Below, in pieces: positions 18,574 through 27,621 of a stretch of DNA of 43,718 bases (position 1 is its first letter; every line of letters starts with the position of its first letter). Both the position numbers and the translations under genes were made by a program. The notes beneath the pieces are model-generated. The model saw nothing but the letters and a program-made list of their open reading frames with translations, made no database searches and was not told where the DNA came from. The DNA is from Pseudomonadota bacterium (GTDB lineage: Bacteria; Myxococcota; JACRCW01; JAFGSX01): positions 1 through 43,718 of the forward strand of contig JBDRCO010000138.1 of assembly GCA_043821645.1 (NCBI GenBank), read 5' to 3'.

Positions 18574-19104
18574 ATGACGAACACGCTGCGAGTTTCGATG
18601 CTGCTTGCCCTGGCCATGCTGCTGAGCGGCGCCTGCCAGCCTGCAGGTGATGCCGACGCCGGCGCCGACGCGGGCGAGCAGGCCGTGGATCTGTTGCACC
18701 TGGCCGAGCACGTGTGCACGCACTTCCAGACCGGCACTCCGCACGCGGTGACCGCGTCTGCCTCGCGCGATCCTGGTGCGGACGAGGTGCAGATCGAACA
18801 CGATGTCTTCGCCGCAGGCCTGGTCGCCTTCGAGGGAGATCAGGGTGGCTATCTGCGCGTGGTGCCATCCGCCGCAGGCCACATTGCCTTCTTCTTCAAC
18901 AAGGATCTGCCCGTCGCGGTCGAGGACGATGGTGGCGCGACCCTGACCGTTCACGAGCAGCTGCTGCAGCCCTCGACCTGTGCCTCCATCCAGAAGATCG
19001 CGGTGTACGAACTGGAGGCCGCATCCTACTACCTGAAGCTTGGCCCCAGCTCCGAGACCGCGGTGGACATCGTCGCCGAGGAAGCCGCGCATGAGCACGG
19101 TTGA
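18574..19104 (+). CDS. Hypothetical lipoprotein in the metal-uptake operon
   Basis: GGAGGAG RBS, lipobox LSGAC, EHVCTHF motif and a C-terminal HEHG. Confidence 0.75.
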   Translation: MTNTLRVSMLLALAMLLSGACQPAGDADAGADAGEQAVDLLHLAEHVCTHFQTGTPHAVTASASRDPGADEVQIEHDVFAAGLVAFEGDQGGYLRVVPSAAGHIAFFFNKDLPVAVEDDGGATLTVHEQLLQPSTCASIQKIAVYELEAASYYLKLGPSSETAVDIVAEEAAHEHG

Positions 19105-19933
19105 ACCAGCCCGCGCGCGGCACCGTCCAGGTGCGCGTGCACACGCAGAACCGAGGTCCCCGTTGAATGCAGATCGACATCTCCCGCTGGCTCCTGAGGA
19201 TCGCCCACTCCTTGTTCGATGCAACCAGCTCGTGGTGGGCTGGCAAGGCAAGCCCTTGCTTCCCCCCGTGGACCTCGGCATCCGCCAGGGCGATTTCTGG
19301 GCGGTGATCGGGCGCAACGGCTCGGGCAAGTCGACCTGGTTCAAGACTCTGCTGGGTCTAACGCCGCCCATCGCGGGCTCTGTGGACTGGGTGCGCACGG
19401 GTGTGGCGCTGTCCTACGTTCCGCAGCGCAACGACTTTGACCCGCTGTATCCGGCCACAGCCTGGGACGTGGTGACCATGGGCACACAACGCGGTCTTGG
19501 TTTTCTGTGGCCCCGCCATCCGCGTGCGGCCCGGGATCGCGTGGAGCGCGCCTTCGAGGCTGCCGAGGCCGTGGCTCTCAAGCACATGGCCTTTTGCGAC
19601 CTCTCCGAGGGTCAGAAGCAACGCGTGATGCTGGCGCGGGTTGTGGCGAGCGAGCCGGTGCTGGCCCTGCTCGACGAGCCCACCGCGGCCATGGACGTGC
19701 GGGCCGAGGAGGAAACCCTGCAGCTCATCGACCGCCTGCGACGTCAGTACAACATGGGGGTGGTCATCGTGAGCCACTTTCTTGGTGTGGCCGCGCGTTA
19801 CGCCGAGCACGTGATGCTCGTCGACAAGGAGCACCAGAGCGTGCGCGTGGGTCCCCCGGCAGAGGTGCTGAGCCACGTGGATTTTGCCACCGCCGAGGCC
19901 CTGGCCGAGGCGCGGGGAGAGGCCCAGCCATGA
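19091..19933 (+). CDS. znuC: Metal ABC transporter ATP-binding protein
   Basis: Walker A GRNGSGKST, YVPQR, signature LSEGQKQR, Walker B LLDEPT and H-loop VSH. Confidence 0.92.
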   Translation: MSTVEPARARHRPGARAHAEPRSPLNADRHLPLAPEDRPLLVRCNQLVVGWQGKPLLPPVDLGIRQGDFWAVIGRNGSGKSTWFKTLLGLTPPIAGSVDWVRTGVALSYVPQRNDFDPLYPATAWDVVTMGTQRGLGFLWPRHPRAARDRVERAFEAAEAVALKHMAFCDLSEGQKQRVMLARVVASEPVLALLDEPTAAMDVRAEEETLQLIDRLRRQYNMGVVIVSHFLGVAARYAEHVMLVDKEHQSVRVGPPAEVLSHVDFATAEALAEARGEAQP

Positions 19934-21369
19934 ACCCCGGCACAGCTATCAACTGGGCGAGCTTCGTCGAGGCACTGCCCGAGGTCTACCTGGCGCCCAT
20001 CGTCACCGGGGCTGCGGCCGGCGCTGTGCTGGGCTTTCTCGGCGTGTACGTCGTACTGCGGCGGCTGGTGTTCATCTCAGCTGCGCTGTCCCAGGTCTCG
20101 GGGCTCGGCGTCGCCCTCGCGTTCTACCTGCAGATCTATGCCGGGTGGCACGGGTTCTGGGGTGAGCCCGTGGTCATGGCCCTGCTGCTCTCCCTCGGTG
20201 CGACGCTGCTGGTCAGACCTGATCCGGCACACCTGCACCTGTCGCGCGACGCCATGCTCGGGCTGGTGTACGTCGTGGCCGGGGGCGTCGCTCTGTTTCT
20301 TGGCACCCGCATCTCGCAGGAGGCCCACGACATCAAGTCCATCCTCTTCGGCGTGGGTGTCGCGGTCCGCGACCTGGACCTCTGGCTCACCCTTGGCGTC
20401 GGTGGATCGATCCTGGCCGCGCACGTGGTCCTCGTTCGTGGGCTGGCCTCCGCGACCTTCGATCCGGTGAGTTCCCGGGTGCGCGGTATACCGGTCGGCG
20501 CGCTCGACACCTTCTTGTTCTTCTCCATCGCGGTGGCGGTCGCCATCACCACCCGGGCGCTGGGCGCGCTGCCGGTGTTCGGGTTCAGCGTGCTCCCCGC
20601 CATCGCGGCCCTGGCGCTGACCAGCCGACTCGGCCCGGCTCTCGTCGTCGCGGCGGGGGTTGGAGCCCTCTCTGGCGTGCTTGGTTATGTGTACGCCTTC
20701 TTCACGCGCTTCCCGGTCGGAGCCTCGCAGACCGTGATCGCGGGTGGAGTGGCTGCCCTAGCCATCGCGCTGCGCATGCTGCGCTCTCCGAACACCCCAG
20801 CGAGCTGGCGCGCCGGGGCAGGCCTGGGCGGTGTGCTGGTGATCAGCTTGACGCTGTGGCCCCTGGCTGGCACCTCCGGGGACAGCCCTGACGCGCACTC
20901 CGCGCACACCGATCACACCGCGTTGGTGGCCGACACCGGTGCAGGAGTTGCCGTGGGTCGCAAGGACCCGGCGGCCCTGCGTGCGTCGCTGCAGAGCTGT
21001 GCCGACGCCACCACCTGTGCCCGGCTCGCCCACGAGGCGGGCCACCTGGGAGACAGGGAGTCGGCGCCCCTGCTGGTGGGGCTGCTCGCCAATTCGGACT
21101 GGGGCGTCCGGGCCGAGGCCGTCGAGGCTCTGGGCAAGCTGGGCCGTGACGACGTGGCGGGTCCCCTCCTCGAGAGGCTGCAATCCGACGACAACCCGTG
21201 GGTGCGCGGCACGGCCGCCGAGGCCCTGGCTCGCGTTCATCTGCCTGCTGTGCGCAGCGCACTCGCCCAGGCGCGCAGCGTCGAGAAGGACCCGGACGTG
21301 CTGCAAGCCATCGCGCGTGCCCTCGAGCACCAGGACGCGTCGCCTCGGGCGCCATCTTCTGCGCCGTGA
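19930..21369 (+). CDS. znuB: Metal ABC transporter permease with a fused C-terminal HEAT-repeat domain
   Basis: GVYVVLRRLVF..AALSQ..GLG, ILFG, FD.....VRG and ALGAL motifs, then HSAHTDH and repeats of VR.EA.EALG.LG. Confidence 0.88.
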   Translation: MNPGTAINWASFVEALPEVYLAPIVTGAAAGAVLGFLGVYVVLRRLVFISAALSQVSGLGVALAFYLQIYAGWHGFWGEPVVMALLLSLGATLLVRPDPAHLHLSRDAMLGLVYVVAGGVALFLGTRISQEAHDIKSILFGVGVAVRDLDLWLTLGVGGSILAAHVVLVRGLASATFDPVSSRVRGIPVGALDTFLFFSIAVAVAITTRALGALPVFGFSVLPAIAALALTSRLGPALVVAAGVGALSGVLGYVYAFFTRFPVGASQTVIAGGVAALAIALRMLRSPNTPASWRAGAGLGGVLVISLTLWPLAGTSGDSPDAHSAHTDHTALVADTGAGVAVGRKDPAALRASLQSCADATTCARLAHEAGHLGDRESAPLLVGLLANSDWGVRAEAVEALGKLGRDDVAGPLLERLQSDDNPWVRGTAAEALARVHLPAVRSALAQARSVEKDPDVLQAIARALEHQDASPRAPSSAP

Positions 21370-21586
21370 GGAGGTTGATCCGAGTCGGGTTGACGCGTGC
21401 TTGTGAGTACGTGGGCCGACGCGTGTCGGATTGTGCACGCGGTGGCGACCACCTCCCTTTCGTGTCCTTGCTTCTGGGGCAATGCCTGCTGGTGCACGTG
21501 GTTGCAGATCTGCAACAGGTGCATGCATCACGCTCTCAATATCGCAACATCGCGAGCTAGAGATTTTGATCATCGCCGCGAGCAAT

Positions 21587-21610
21587 TCTTAAATCCTAAT
21601 TAATTAAAGA
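21587..21610. promoter_or_regulatory. AT-rich imperfect inverted repeat, candidate ArsR operator/promoter
   Basis: TCTTAAAT-CCTAATTA-ATTAAAGA in an otherwise GC-rich context, about 80 bp upstream of the ArsR start. Confidence 0.4.
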
Positions 21611-21686
21611 CGTTACGTTCTTCTTTCGAGCCTCAGCTGGCCTGGCATGGCCAGTGCTCTGTGCTTCGCAGCACAGAGGTACCCCG

Positions 21687-21995
21687 ATGCCAGAAGAAGT
21701 CGAGAACCTGAAGACCAGCCAGAGCCGAGCCATGCTGGCCGCGGACATGCTTCGCGCCATCGCCCACCCGTCGCGGCTCCGAATCCTGGCCTTGCTGTGC
21801 GAGCGCGAGGAACACGTGAGTGCCCTGGCCGAGCTACTGGGCCTCAAGCAGGCCATCATCTCGCAGCAATTGCGCATCCTGCGCTCGCAGCGCCTGGTCG
21901 AGGTCAAGCGCGAGAACGGCTTCTCGTACTACGGGCTGGCGGAGCCGCGGCTCAAGGAGTTCATCCGCTGCGTCGAGGGCTGCACGGGGCACTGA
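21687..21995 (+). CDS. ArsR/SmtB family regulator, likely (per)sulfide-responsive
   Basis: LRAIAHPSRLRIL..LC, ISQQLRILR...LV...R....YY and a C-terminal CVEGC; heads a sulfur-metabolism operon. Confidence 0.9.
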   Translation: MPEEVENLKTSQSRAMLAADMLRAIAHPSRLRILALLCEREEHVSALAELLGLKQAIISQQLRILRSQRLVEVKRENGFSYYGLAEPRLKEFIRCVEGCTGH

Positions 21996-22033
21996 GGGTC
22001 AGACCTCCGACGCCAGACACGAGCGAGAGAACC

Positions 22034-24262
22034 ATGCTGACCCGACGAGAGCTGTTCAAGTCTTCTGCGGTCCTGGCGACGGCGGGCCTGGCCACGGCGC
22101 AGGCTGGTCCTGCGCGGGCCTTCGGTCTGCTGCACACGCCCGAGGCCCTGCCGGCCGAGCGCGAGGTCCCCTCGGTGTGCGAGGTCTGCTTCTGGAACTG
22201 CGGCCTGATCGCGCAGGTGCGTGGCAACCGCGTGCTCGAGGTGCGGGGCCACCCGGACTACCCCAACGCCCGGGGCAAGCTGTGTGGGCGGGGCAACGCC
22301 GGACCCGGCTTCGTACGCGACAGCGATCGCCTCAAGTATCCACTGCGTCGCGTCGGCGAGCGTGGCGAGGCGCGCTTCGAGCGCATCGGCTGGAGCACCG
22401 CCTACGCACTGATCGCGGAGGGCTTCAACCGCATCAAGGAGCAACACGGGCCCGAGGCGCTGGCCCTGTTCTACCACGGCAAGGGCGGCCCCATGCTGCG
22501 CACCATGATGGCGGCGCTGGGCACACCCAACTTCGCTGCTCCGGCCTACGCCCAGTGCAAGGGGCCGCGCGACGTGGGCTACAAGCTGACCTTTGGCGAG
22601 ACCCTGTCCTCGCCCGAACCGCTCGACTTCGAGAACACGCGCTGCATGGTTCTGTTCGGCTCCCACCTCGGCGAGAATGCGCACAACAGCCAGGTGCAGG
22701 ATTTCGTCGCGGCGCGAGCGCGCGGGGCCAGGCTGATCGTGCTGGATCCGCGCATGAGCACCGCGGCCTCCAAGGCCGATGTCTGGATGCCGGTGCACCC
22801 GGGATCGGACACCGCGGTGATCCTGGCCTGGCTACACCTGCTCATCGCTCGTGAGCAGGTCGACCGGGTGTTTGTTGACACGCAGTGCCTGGGCTTCGAG
22901 CAGCTGGCCGAGCATGTGAAGCCCTTCACTCCGGAGTGGGCGGCCGAGCAGGCGAAGGTGCCCGCGGCCGAGATCGAGCGCGCCTACCAGCTCATCGTCG
23001 AGGCCAGGCCCGCGGTGCTGGTTCACCCTGGCCGCCACGTCACCTGGTACGGCGAGGCCGATACCCAGCGCGCCCGCGCCCAGGCCATCCTCAACGCGCT
23101 GCTGGGATCCTTCTGGCGTGAGGGCGGGACCTTTCGACCCTCGAGTGTGGAACTCGCCGACTTTCCGGGTCCGGATTTCCCCGAGACCAAGCCGGACGTC
23201 GACAGGGCAGCGGGCCGCTATCCCTTTGCCAAGGAGGTGTCGACGACGGGGATCCGTGACACCACGCGCTCGGGCGCGCCTTACCCCATCAAGGGCTGGT
23301 ACGTGCACGCGACCAACCTGATGCAGTGCATGCCCAACGTGCAGCACACCATCGAAGCCATACGCCAGCTTGACATGCTGGTGGTGTGCGACGTCATGCC
23401 GTCGGAGATCACGGCCTGGGCCGACGTGGTGCTGCCCGAGGACACCTACCTGGAGCGCTACGACGACCTGGCCGTGGGCGTGGGCAAGCGACCCTACATC
23501 GGCTTGCGGCAGCCCGTCGTCCAGTCCCCGTACGACACGCGGCCGGCCTGGCGCATGGCCAAGGAGCTGGGGACCGCGCTCGGCGTGGGGGACTTCTTCG
23601 CCTTCGACAGCATCGAGGAGTACCTGGGGGCACGGCTGCAGGGTTCGGGCACGACCCTCGATGAGCTCAAGAGCAAGGGGATTCACTTCGTCGATGCCAA
23701 GAACGCGCCCTACCTGGAACCCGATGCCGAGTTTCACTGGCACACGCCCTCGGGCAAGGTCGAGCTGTACAGCCAGCAGCTCGCCGACAAGGGCTTCTCG
23801 CCGCTGCCCGTTCACCTGCCTCCGCCAGAGCCGCCGGCGGGAACCATGCGCCTGCTGTACGGTCGCAGCCCGCTGCACACCTTTGGCCGCACCCAGAACA
23901 ACGAGACCCTGTTCGATGTGGACCCCAGCAACTGCGTGTGGGTCAACCCCTGCTGTGCCGAGAAGATGGGGCTGCGCCATGGGCAGGCGGTGATGGTGCA
24001 CAACGCGGACGGCGACGAGACCGGTCCCTTGCCCCTGCGCCTGACCGAGCGCGTGATGAAGGGCACTGCCTACATGGTGCACGGCTTCGGTCACCGCGCC
24101 CGGGGCCTGAGCCGCTCGTGCTGCCAGGGAGGAAGCGATTCCGATGTCATTCGCGCCTACGCGGTGGACCCCATCACCGGGGCCACAGGCATGCGGGTGC
24201 AGTTCGTGACCATCCGGGCCGCGGCACCGGGCGCGAAGGTGAAGCCATGCGCCATGCGATGA
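22034..24262 (+). CDS. psrA: Polysulfide/thiosulfate reductase catalytic molybdopterin subunit (PsrA/PhsA-like)
   Basis: Tat signal TRRELFK, 4Fe-4S motif CEVCFWNC...KLCGRG, DRLKYPL, Cys ligand in AQCKGPR, ADVVLPE.TYLER, H...RTQNN and HGFG. Confidence 0.88.
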   Translation: MLTRRELFKSSAVLATAGLATAQAGPARAFGLLHTPEALPAEREVPSVCEVCFWNCGLIAQVRGNRVLEVRGHPDYPNARGKLCGRGNAGPGFVRDSDRLKYPLRRVGERGEARFERIGWSTAYALIAEGFNRIKEQHGPEALALFYHGKGGPMLRTMMAALGTPNFAAPAYAQCKGPRDVGYKLTFGETLSSPEPLDFENTRCMVLFGSHLGENAHNSQVQDFVAARARGARLIVLDPRMSTAASKADVWMPVHPGSDTAVILAWLHLLIAREQVDRVFVDTQCLGFEQLAEHVKPFTPEWAAEQAKVPAAEIERAYQLIVEARPAVLVHPGRHVTWYGEADTQRARAQAILNALLGSFWREGGTFRPSSVELADFPGPDFPETKPDVDRAAGRYPFAKEVSTTGIRDTTRSGAPYPIKGWYVHATNLMQCMPNVQHTIEAIRQLDMLVVCDVMPSEITAWADVVLPEDTYLERYDDLAVGVGKRPYIGLRQPVVQSPYDTRPAWRMAKELGTALGVGDFFAFDSIEEYLGARLQGSGTTLDELKSKGIHFVDAKNAPYLEPDAEFHWHTPSGKVELYSQQLADKGFSPLPVHLPPPEPPAGTMRLLYGRSPLHTFGRTQNNETLFDVDPSNCVWVNPCCAEKMGLRHGQAVMVHNADGDETGPLPLRLTERVMKGTAYMVHGFGHRARGLSRSCCQGGSDSDVIRAYAVDPITGATGMRVQFVTIRAAAPGAKVKPCAMR

Positions 24263-25737
24263 TGATCGAGCTCGACAAGTGCATCGGCTGCCAGGCCTGC
24301 GTCACCTCGTGCAAGGAGCGCTGGGATTCGGGGCCGGGCGCCGCACGCGACTGGGTCATGACCTTCGAGCATGGCAACCGCGACGAGGGTGACCTTGGTG
24401 TCACCTTCTACCCGGGTCTGTGTAACCACTGCGACGATCATCCCTGCACGGCCGACTGCCCGACCGGCGCGACCTACATGACCGCGCAGGGAGTGGTCGT
24501 CGTCGACCCTGACGTGTGCATCGGCTGCGGCAACTGTGTGCCGGCCTGTCCATACGGCGCGCGTCACGCCGATCCGGTCAAGGGCATCGTCGAGAAGTGC
24601 AACTTCTGCGCACCCTACGTGGCTCGCGGCGAGCTGCCGGCCTGCGTGGCTACCTGCCTGGCGCAGTGCCGGCACTTCGGCGACCTCGACGACGAGCAGG
24701 GCGAGCTGGTGCAGCTCATTCGTGCGCGCAAGGCCAAGCCCCTGGTGACCAATGAGATCGACGTGCGCCCCAACATCTACTACGCGCCAGCCGAGCAACG
24801 CATGCAGGTGCTGGCGCAGGGCGTGGTGCGGCGCTACGGCTCGACGCTGTTCACGGAGGCCTGGCAGCAGGTGACGCGACCGCTGGCGCGCTGGGCCGTC
24901 GCGCCGGCCGTCGTCGTGACGGGCCTCGCCGGCATCGCCATCAACCTGCGCATGCGGCTGGCCGAGCGCCACCCGCACCCGGCTCCCGCTGCGAGCCCGG
25001 CCGTCAGCGCGCCTGGCGCGGCGTCCGACGCCACCTTGCCCCGGCACCCCCTGGGCATGCGCTTCTTGCACTGGTTCAACCTGCTGAGCTGGATCCTGCT
25101 GCTCGTCACCGGCACCTCGCTCATGGCCACGGCGGGCTTCGCCCTGTTCGGGCTGTCCCTGCCGCAGGCGGTGGCCTCGTGGTACGGCGGCAAGGCGAGT
25201 CTGATTTATTTTCATGCCGCCTGGGGTGTGCTGTGGGCCCTGATCATCGTGCCGCTGTTCATCTACTACAAGCGCGGCGGCATCGAGGCCCTGCACGAGC
25301 TGTGGCCGAGCGGCGACGATCTGCGCTGGCTGCTCGCCAAGCCGCTGGTGATGCTCGGCATCTGGGGTCATGACCGGCTACCGCCGCAGGACAAGTACAA
25401 CTTTGGCCAGAAGGCCTTTGCCATCACGGCACTCGTCGGCACTGCTCTCATCATCGTCAGCGGCGCGGTCATGACCTTTCACCTCGGCGACGCGAGCGTG
25501 GTGCGCAGCGCCATCCTGGTCCACAAGCTGGCCATCCTGCTGGCCCTGCTGGGCATCGCGGTGCACGTCACCATGGCTGCCATCCTGGTCGAGGAAAGGC
25601 CGGCGCTGTGGGCCATGATCATGGGGCAGATCGACCGCCGCCACGCCGAGTTGCACAGTGCCAAGTGGGTTGCCGAGCTCGAGCGCCGACGCCAGCTGGA
25701 CAGGCGCCACGGTGACCACAGCGAAGGAGGAGTCTGA
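24247..25737 (+). CDS. Fused 4Fe-4S subunit (PsrB/PhsB-like) and di-heme cytochrome b membrane anchor (PhsC/FdnI-like)
   Basis: CIGCQAC..SC, CNHC..HPC..DCP, CIGCGNC..ACPY and KCNFC. These are followed by R.LHW, FHAAWG, PQDKYNFGQK and H...HV.MA cytochrome b helices in one frame. Confidence 0.87.
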   Translation: MRHAMMIELDKCIGCQACVTSCKERWDSGPGAARDWVMTFEHGNRDEGDLGVTFYPGLCNHCDDHPCTADCPTGATYMTAQGVVVVDPDVCIGCGNCVPACPYGARHADPVKGIVEKCNFCAPYVARGELPACVATCLAQCRHFGDLDDEQGELVQLIRARKAKPLVTNEIDVRPNIYYAPAEQRMQVLAQGVVRRYGSTLFTEAWQQVTRPLARWAVAPAVVVTGLAGIAINLRMRLAERHPHPAPAASPAVSAPGAASDATLPRHPLGMRFLHWFNLLSWILLLVTGTSLMATAGFALFGLSLPQAVASWYGGKASLIYFHAAWGVLWALIIVPLFIYYKRGGIEALHELWPSGDDLRWLLAKPLVMLGIWGHDRLPPQDKYNFGQKAFAITALVGTALIIVSGAVMTFHLGDASVVRSAILVHKLAILLALLGIAVHVTMAAILVEERPALWAMIMGQIDRRHAELHSAKWVAELERRRQLDRRHGDHSEGGV

Positions 25738-25738
25738 G

Positions 25739-26248
25739 ATGCCCAAGCCGTACTGGAACCCCTACGTCGCCGGGATTGCCCTGGGACTGGTGTTGCTCGC
25801 GAGCTTCGTGGTCACGGGCAAGGGCCTGGGCGCGAGCGGGGCGGTCAAGCACATCGACGCGGCTGTGCTGCACGCGGCCAATCCAACCTGGGCCGAAGAG
25901 AACGCCAACATCAAGGGCTACTTTGCGCCGGACCATGGACCGTTGAGCGACTGGATCGTGTTCCTGGCGCTGGGCGTGGCCATCGGTGGTCTGACTGGCT
26001 CCATCTCGGCCCGCCGCTTCAAGGTCGAGACCGTTCGTGGTCCGCGCATCCAAGGCGATCTGCGCTGGCTGCTGGCCCTGGCCGGGGGCGTGCTCAGTGG
26101 CGTGGCGGCGCAGATCGCACGCGGCTGCACCAGTGGCCAGGCGCTGAGCGGGGGGGCGCAGCTCGCGCTCGGAAGCTGGGTGTTCATGTTCGCGGTGTTC
26201 GGCGGCGCCTACGCAGTCGCCTACTTCGTGCGCAAGGAATGGATCTGA
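25739..26248 (+). CDS. YeeE/YedE-family sulfur-compound transporter (half)
   Basis: YWNPYVAGI.LG, GLGASG and A.GCTSGQALSGG motifs. Confidence 0.88.
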   Translation: MPKPYWNPYVAGIALGLVLLASFVVTGKGLGASGAVKHIDAAVLHAANPTWAEENANIKGYFAPDHGPLSDWIVFLALGVAIGGLTGSISARRFKVETVRGPRIQGDLRWLLALAGGVLSGVAAQIARGCTSGQALSGGAQLALGSWVFMFAVFGGAYAVAYFVRKEWI

Positions 26249-26299
26249 GGCACTGGACAGCGCGCTGGTGACGTCCGCGAGGCATGACGTCCACCCTGG

Positions 26300-26923
26300 A
26301 TGGAGGCAGCCGTGGAGTTTCCCCTGGTGATCGGTCTTCACATGGATCACGCCACCGAGCTGGTCGTGGCCGTGCTGGTCGGCGTGGGCTTCGGCTTCTC
26401 GCTGGAGCGAGGAGGTTTTGGTCGCGCCGACAACATGGCGGCGATCTTCTACGGACGTGACTTCCGGGTGATGCGCGTGATGTTCACTGCCATCGTCACC
26501 GCCATGCTCGGCCTGTACTTCCTGGACCTGGCGGGCGTCATGCCCATCGGCAACATCGGCTTGCTGCCCACCTATCTGGTGCCGCAGCTCGTCGGCGGAC
26601 TGCTGCTCGGAGCGGGCTTCGTCATCGGTGGCTACTGTCCGGGGACCTCGATCGTGGCCAGCATGAGCGGCAAGATCGATGCGCTGTTCTTTGTCGGTGG
26701 GCTGTTCGCCGGCACCTTGCTTTTCACCATGGGCTACAGCGCCATCGAGAAGTTCCATGGCAGCACCTTCCTCGGCCGGGTGCTGCTCCATGAATATCTC
26801 GGCATTCCGTCGGGCGTGATGGTCCTGGCCGTGGCGCTGTTCGCGGTTGGTGCCCTGTACGCCGTGGCGCGCATCGAGCGCGTGGTCCGGGCCCACGTGG
26901 TGGCCCAGGAGGGCAAGGCATGA
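26300..26923 (+). CDS. YeeE/YedE-family sulfur-compound transporter (half)
   Basis: G.GFGF.LERGGF, DF.VM.VMFTAI and GGYCPGTS motifs. The start may be the GTG at 26312. Confidence 0.88.
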   Translation: MEAAVEFPLVIGLHMDHATELVVAVLVGVGFGFSLERGGFGRADNMAAIFYGRDFRVMRVMFTAIVTAMLGLYFLDLAGVMPIGNIGLLPTYLVPQLVGGLLLGAGFVIGGYCPGTSIVASMSGKIDALFFVGGLFAGTLLFTMGYSAIEKFHGSTFLGRVLLHEYLGIPSGVMVLAVALFAVGALYAVARIERVVRAHVVAQEGKA

Positions 26924-27576
26924 CACGCTTCAACGCGACGATCGCGAGCGGCGCGCTGATCGGGCTGGCTGCTGTCTACATGGTGATTGCCCTGGCCACG
27001 GGGCATTCGGCGAGAGCAGAGCCACCCCCGGACCTGAGTGCCAGAGGGGCAGGGCTCGACGTGTGGAAGACCCTGGCACTGCTCATCGATCAGGGTGACC
27101 AGGTGCGCTTCATCGACGTGAGGCCGGCGGAGCAGTTTCAGCTCTACCACGTCGCCGGTTCCCGCTCTCTGCCCGGAGCCGGTGCCTCAGAGCTGCGCTC
27201 GGTGCTCGCAGGAGCTCAGGCCGGTGTGCTGATCGCCAGCTCCGACGAGCAGGCCGCCAGGTTGGTGGGGGAGGCAAGCGCGGGTCAGACCTCACCGAAC
27301 CTGCACTTCCTGCAGGGTGGCGTTCAGGGCTGGTACCTGGCGCTCGAGCTGCCGGTTCCCCTGTTTGCGGACAAGGAGCCCCCACACGGCTATGCCGAGG
27401 CCATGAGGGTGCTGAGAAGCTGGCTGGACGGCGACACAGCCCAGGTCGATCGCACGAGGGTGCGCGAGGCCGTGGGGACCCTGGCCACCGCGGGCTACGA
27501 CCCGAGCCAGCTGGCCGGCAAGAAGAAAAAGCCGGCGGCCAGTGGCAAGAAGAAGATCAGCGGCGGCTGCGGCTAA
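26920..27576 (+). CDS. Membrane-anchored rhodanese-like protein with a C-terminal Lys-rich arm ending in GGCG
   Basis: N-terminal hydrophobic helix, IDVRP..QF..YHVAGS and LQGGVQGW rhodanese motifs; ends KKKKPAASGKKKISGGCG. Confidence 0.8.
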   Translation: MTRFNATIASGALIGLAAVYMVIALATGHSARAEPPPDLSARGAGLDVWKTLALLIDQGDQVRFIDVRPAEQFQLYHVAGSRSLPGAGASELRSVLAGAQAGVLIASSDEQAARLVGEASAGQTSPNLHFLQGGVQGWYLALELPVPLFADKEPPHGYAEAMRVLRSWLDGDTAQVDRTRVREAVGTLATAGYDPSQLAGKKKKPAASGKKKISGGCG

Positions 27577-27621
27577 ACGGCTGCACCGCTCATTGCGGGC
27601 CGGGCCCTGACCCCCCGCAGG

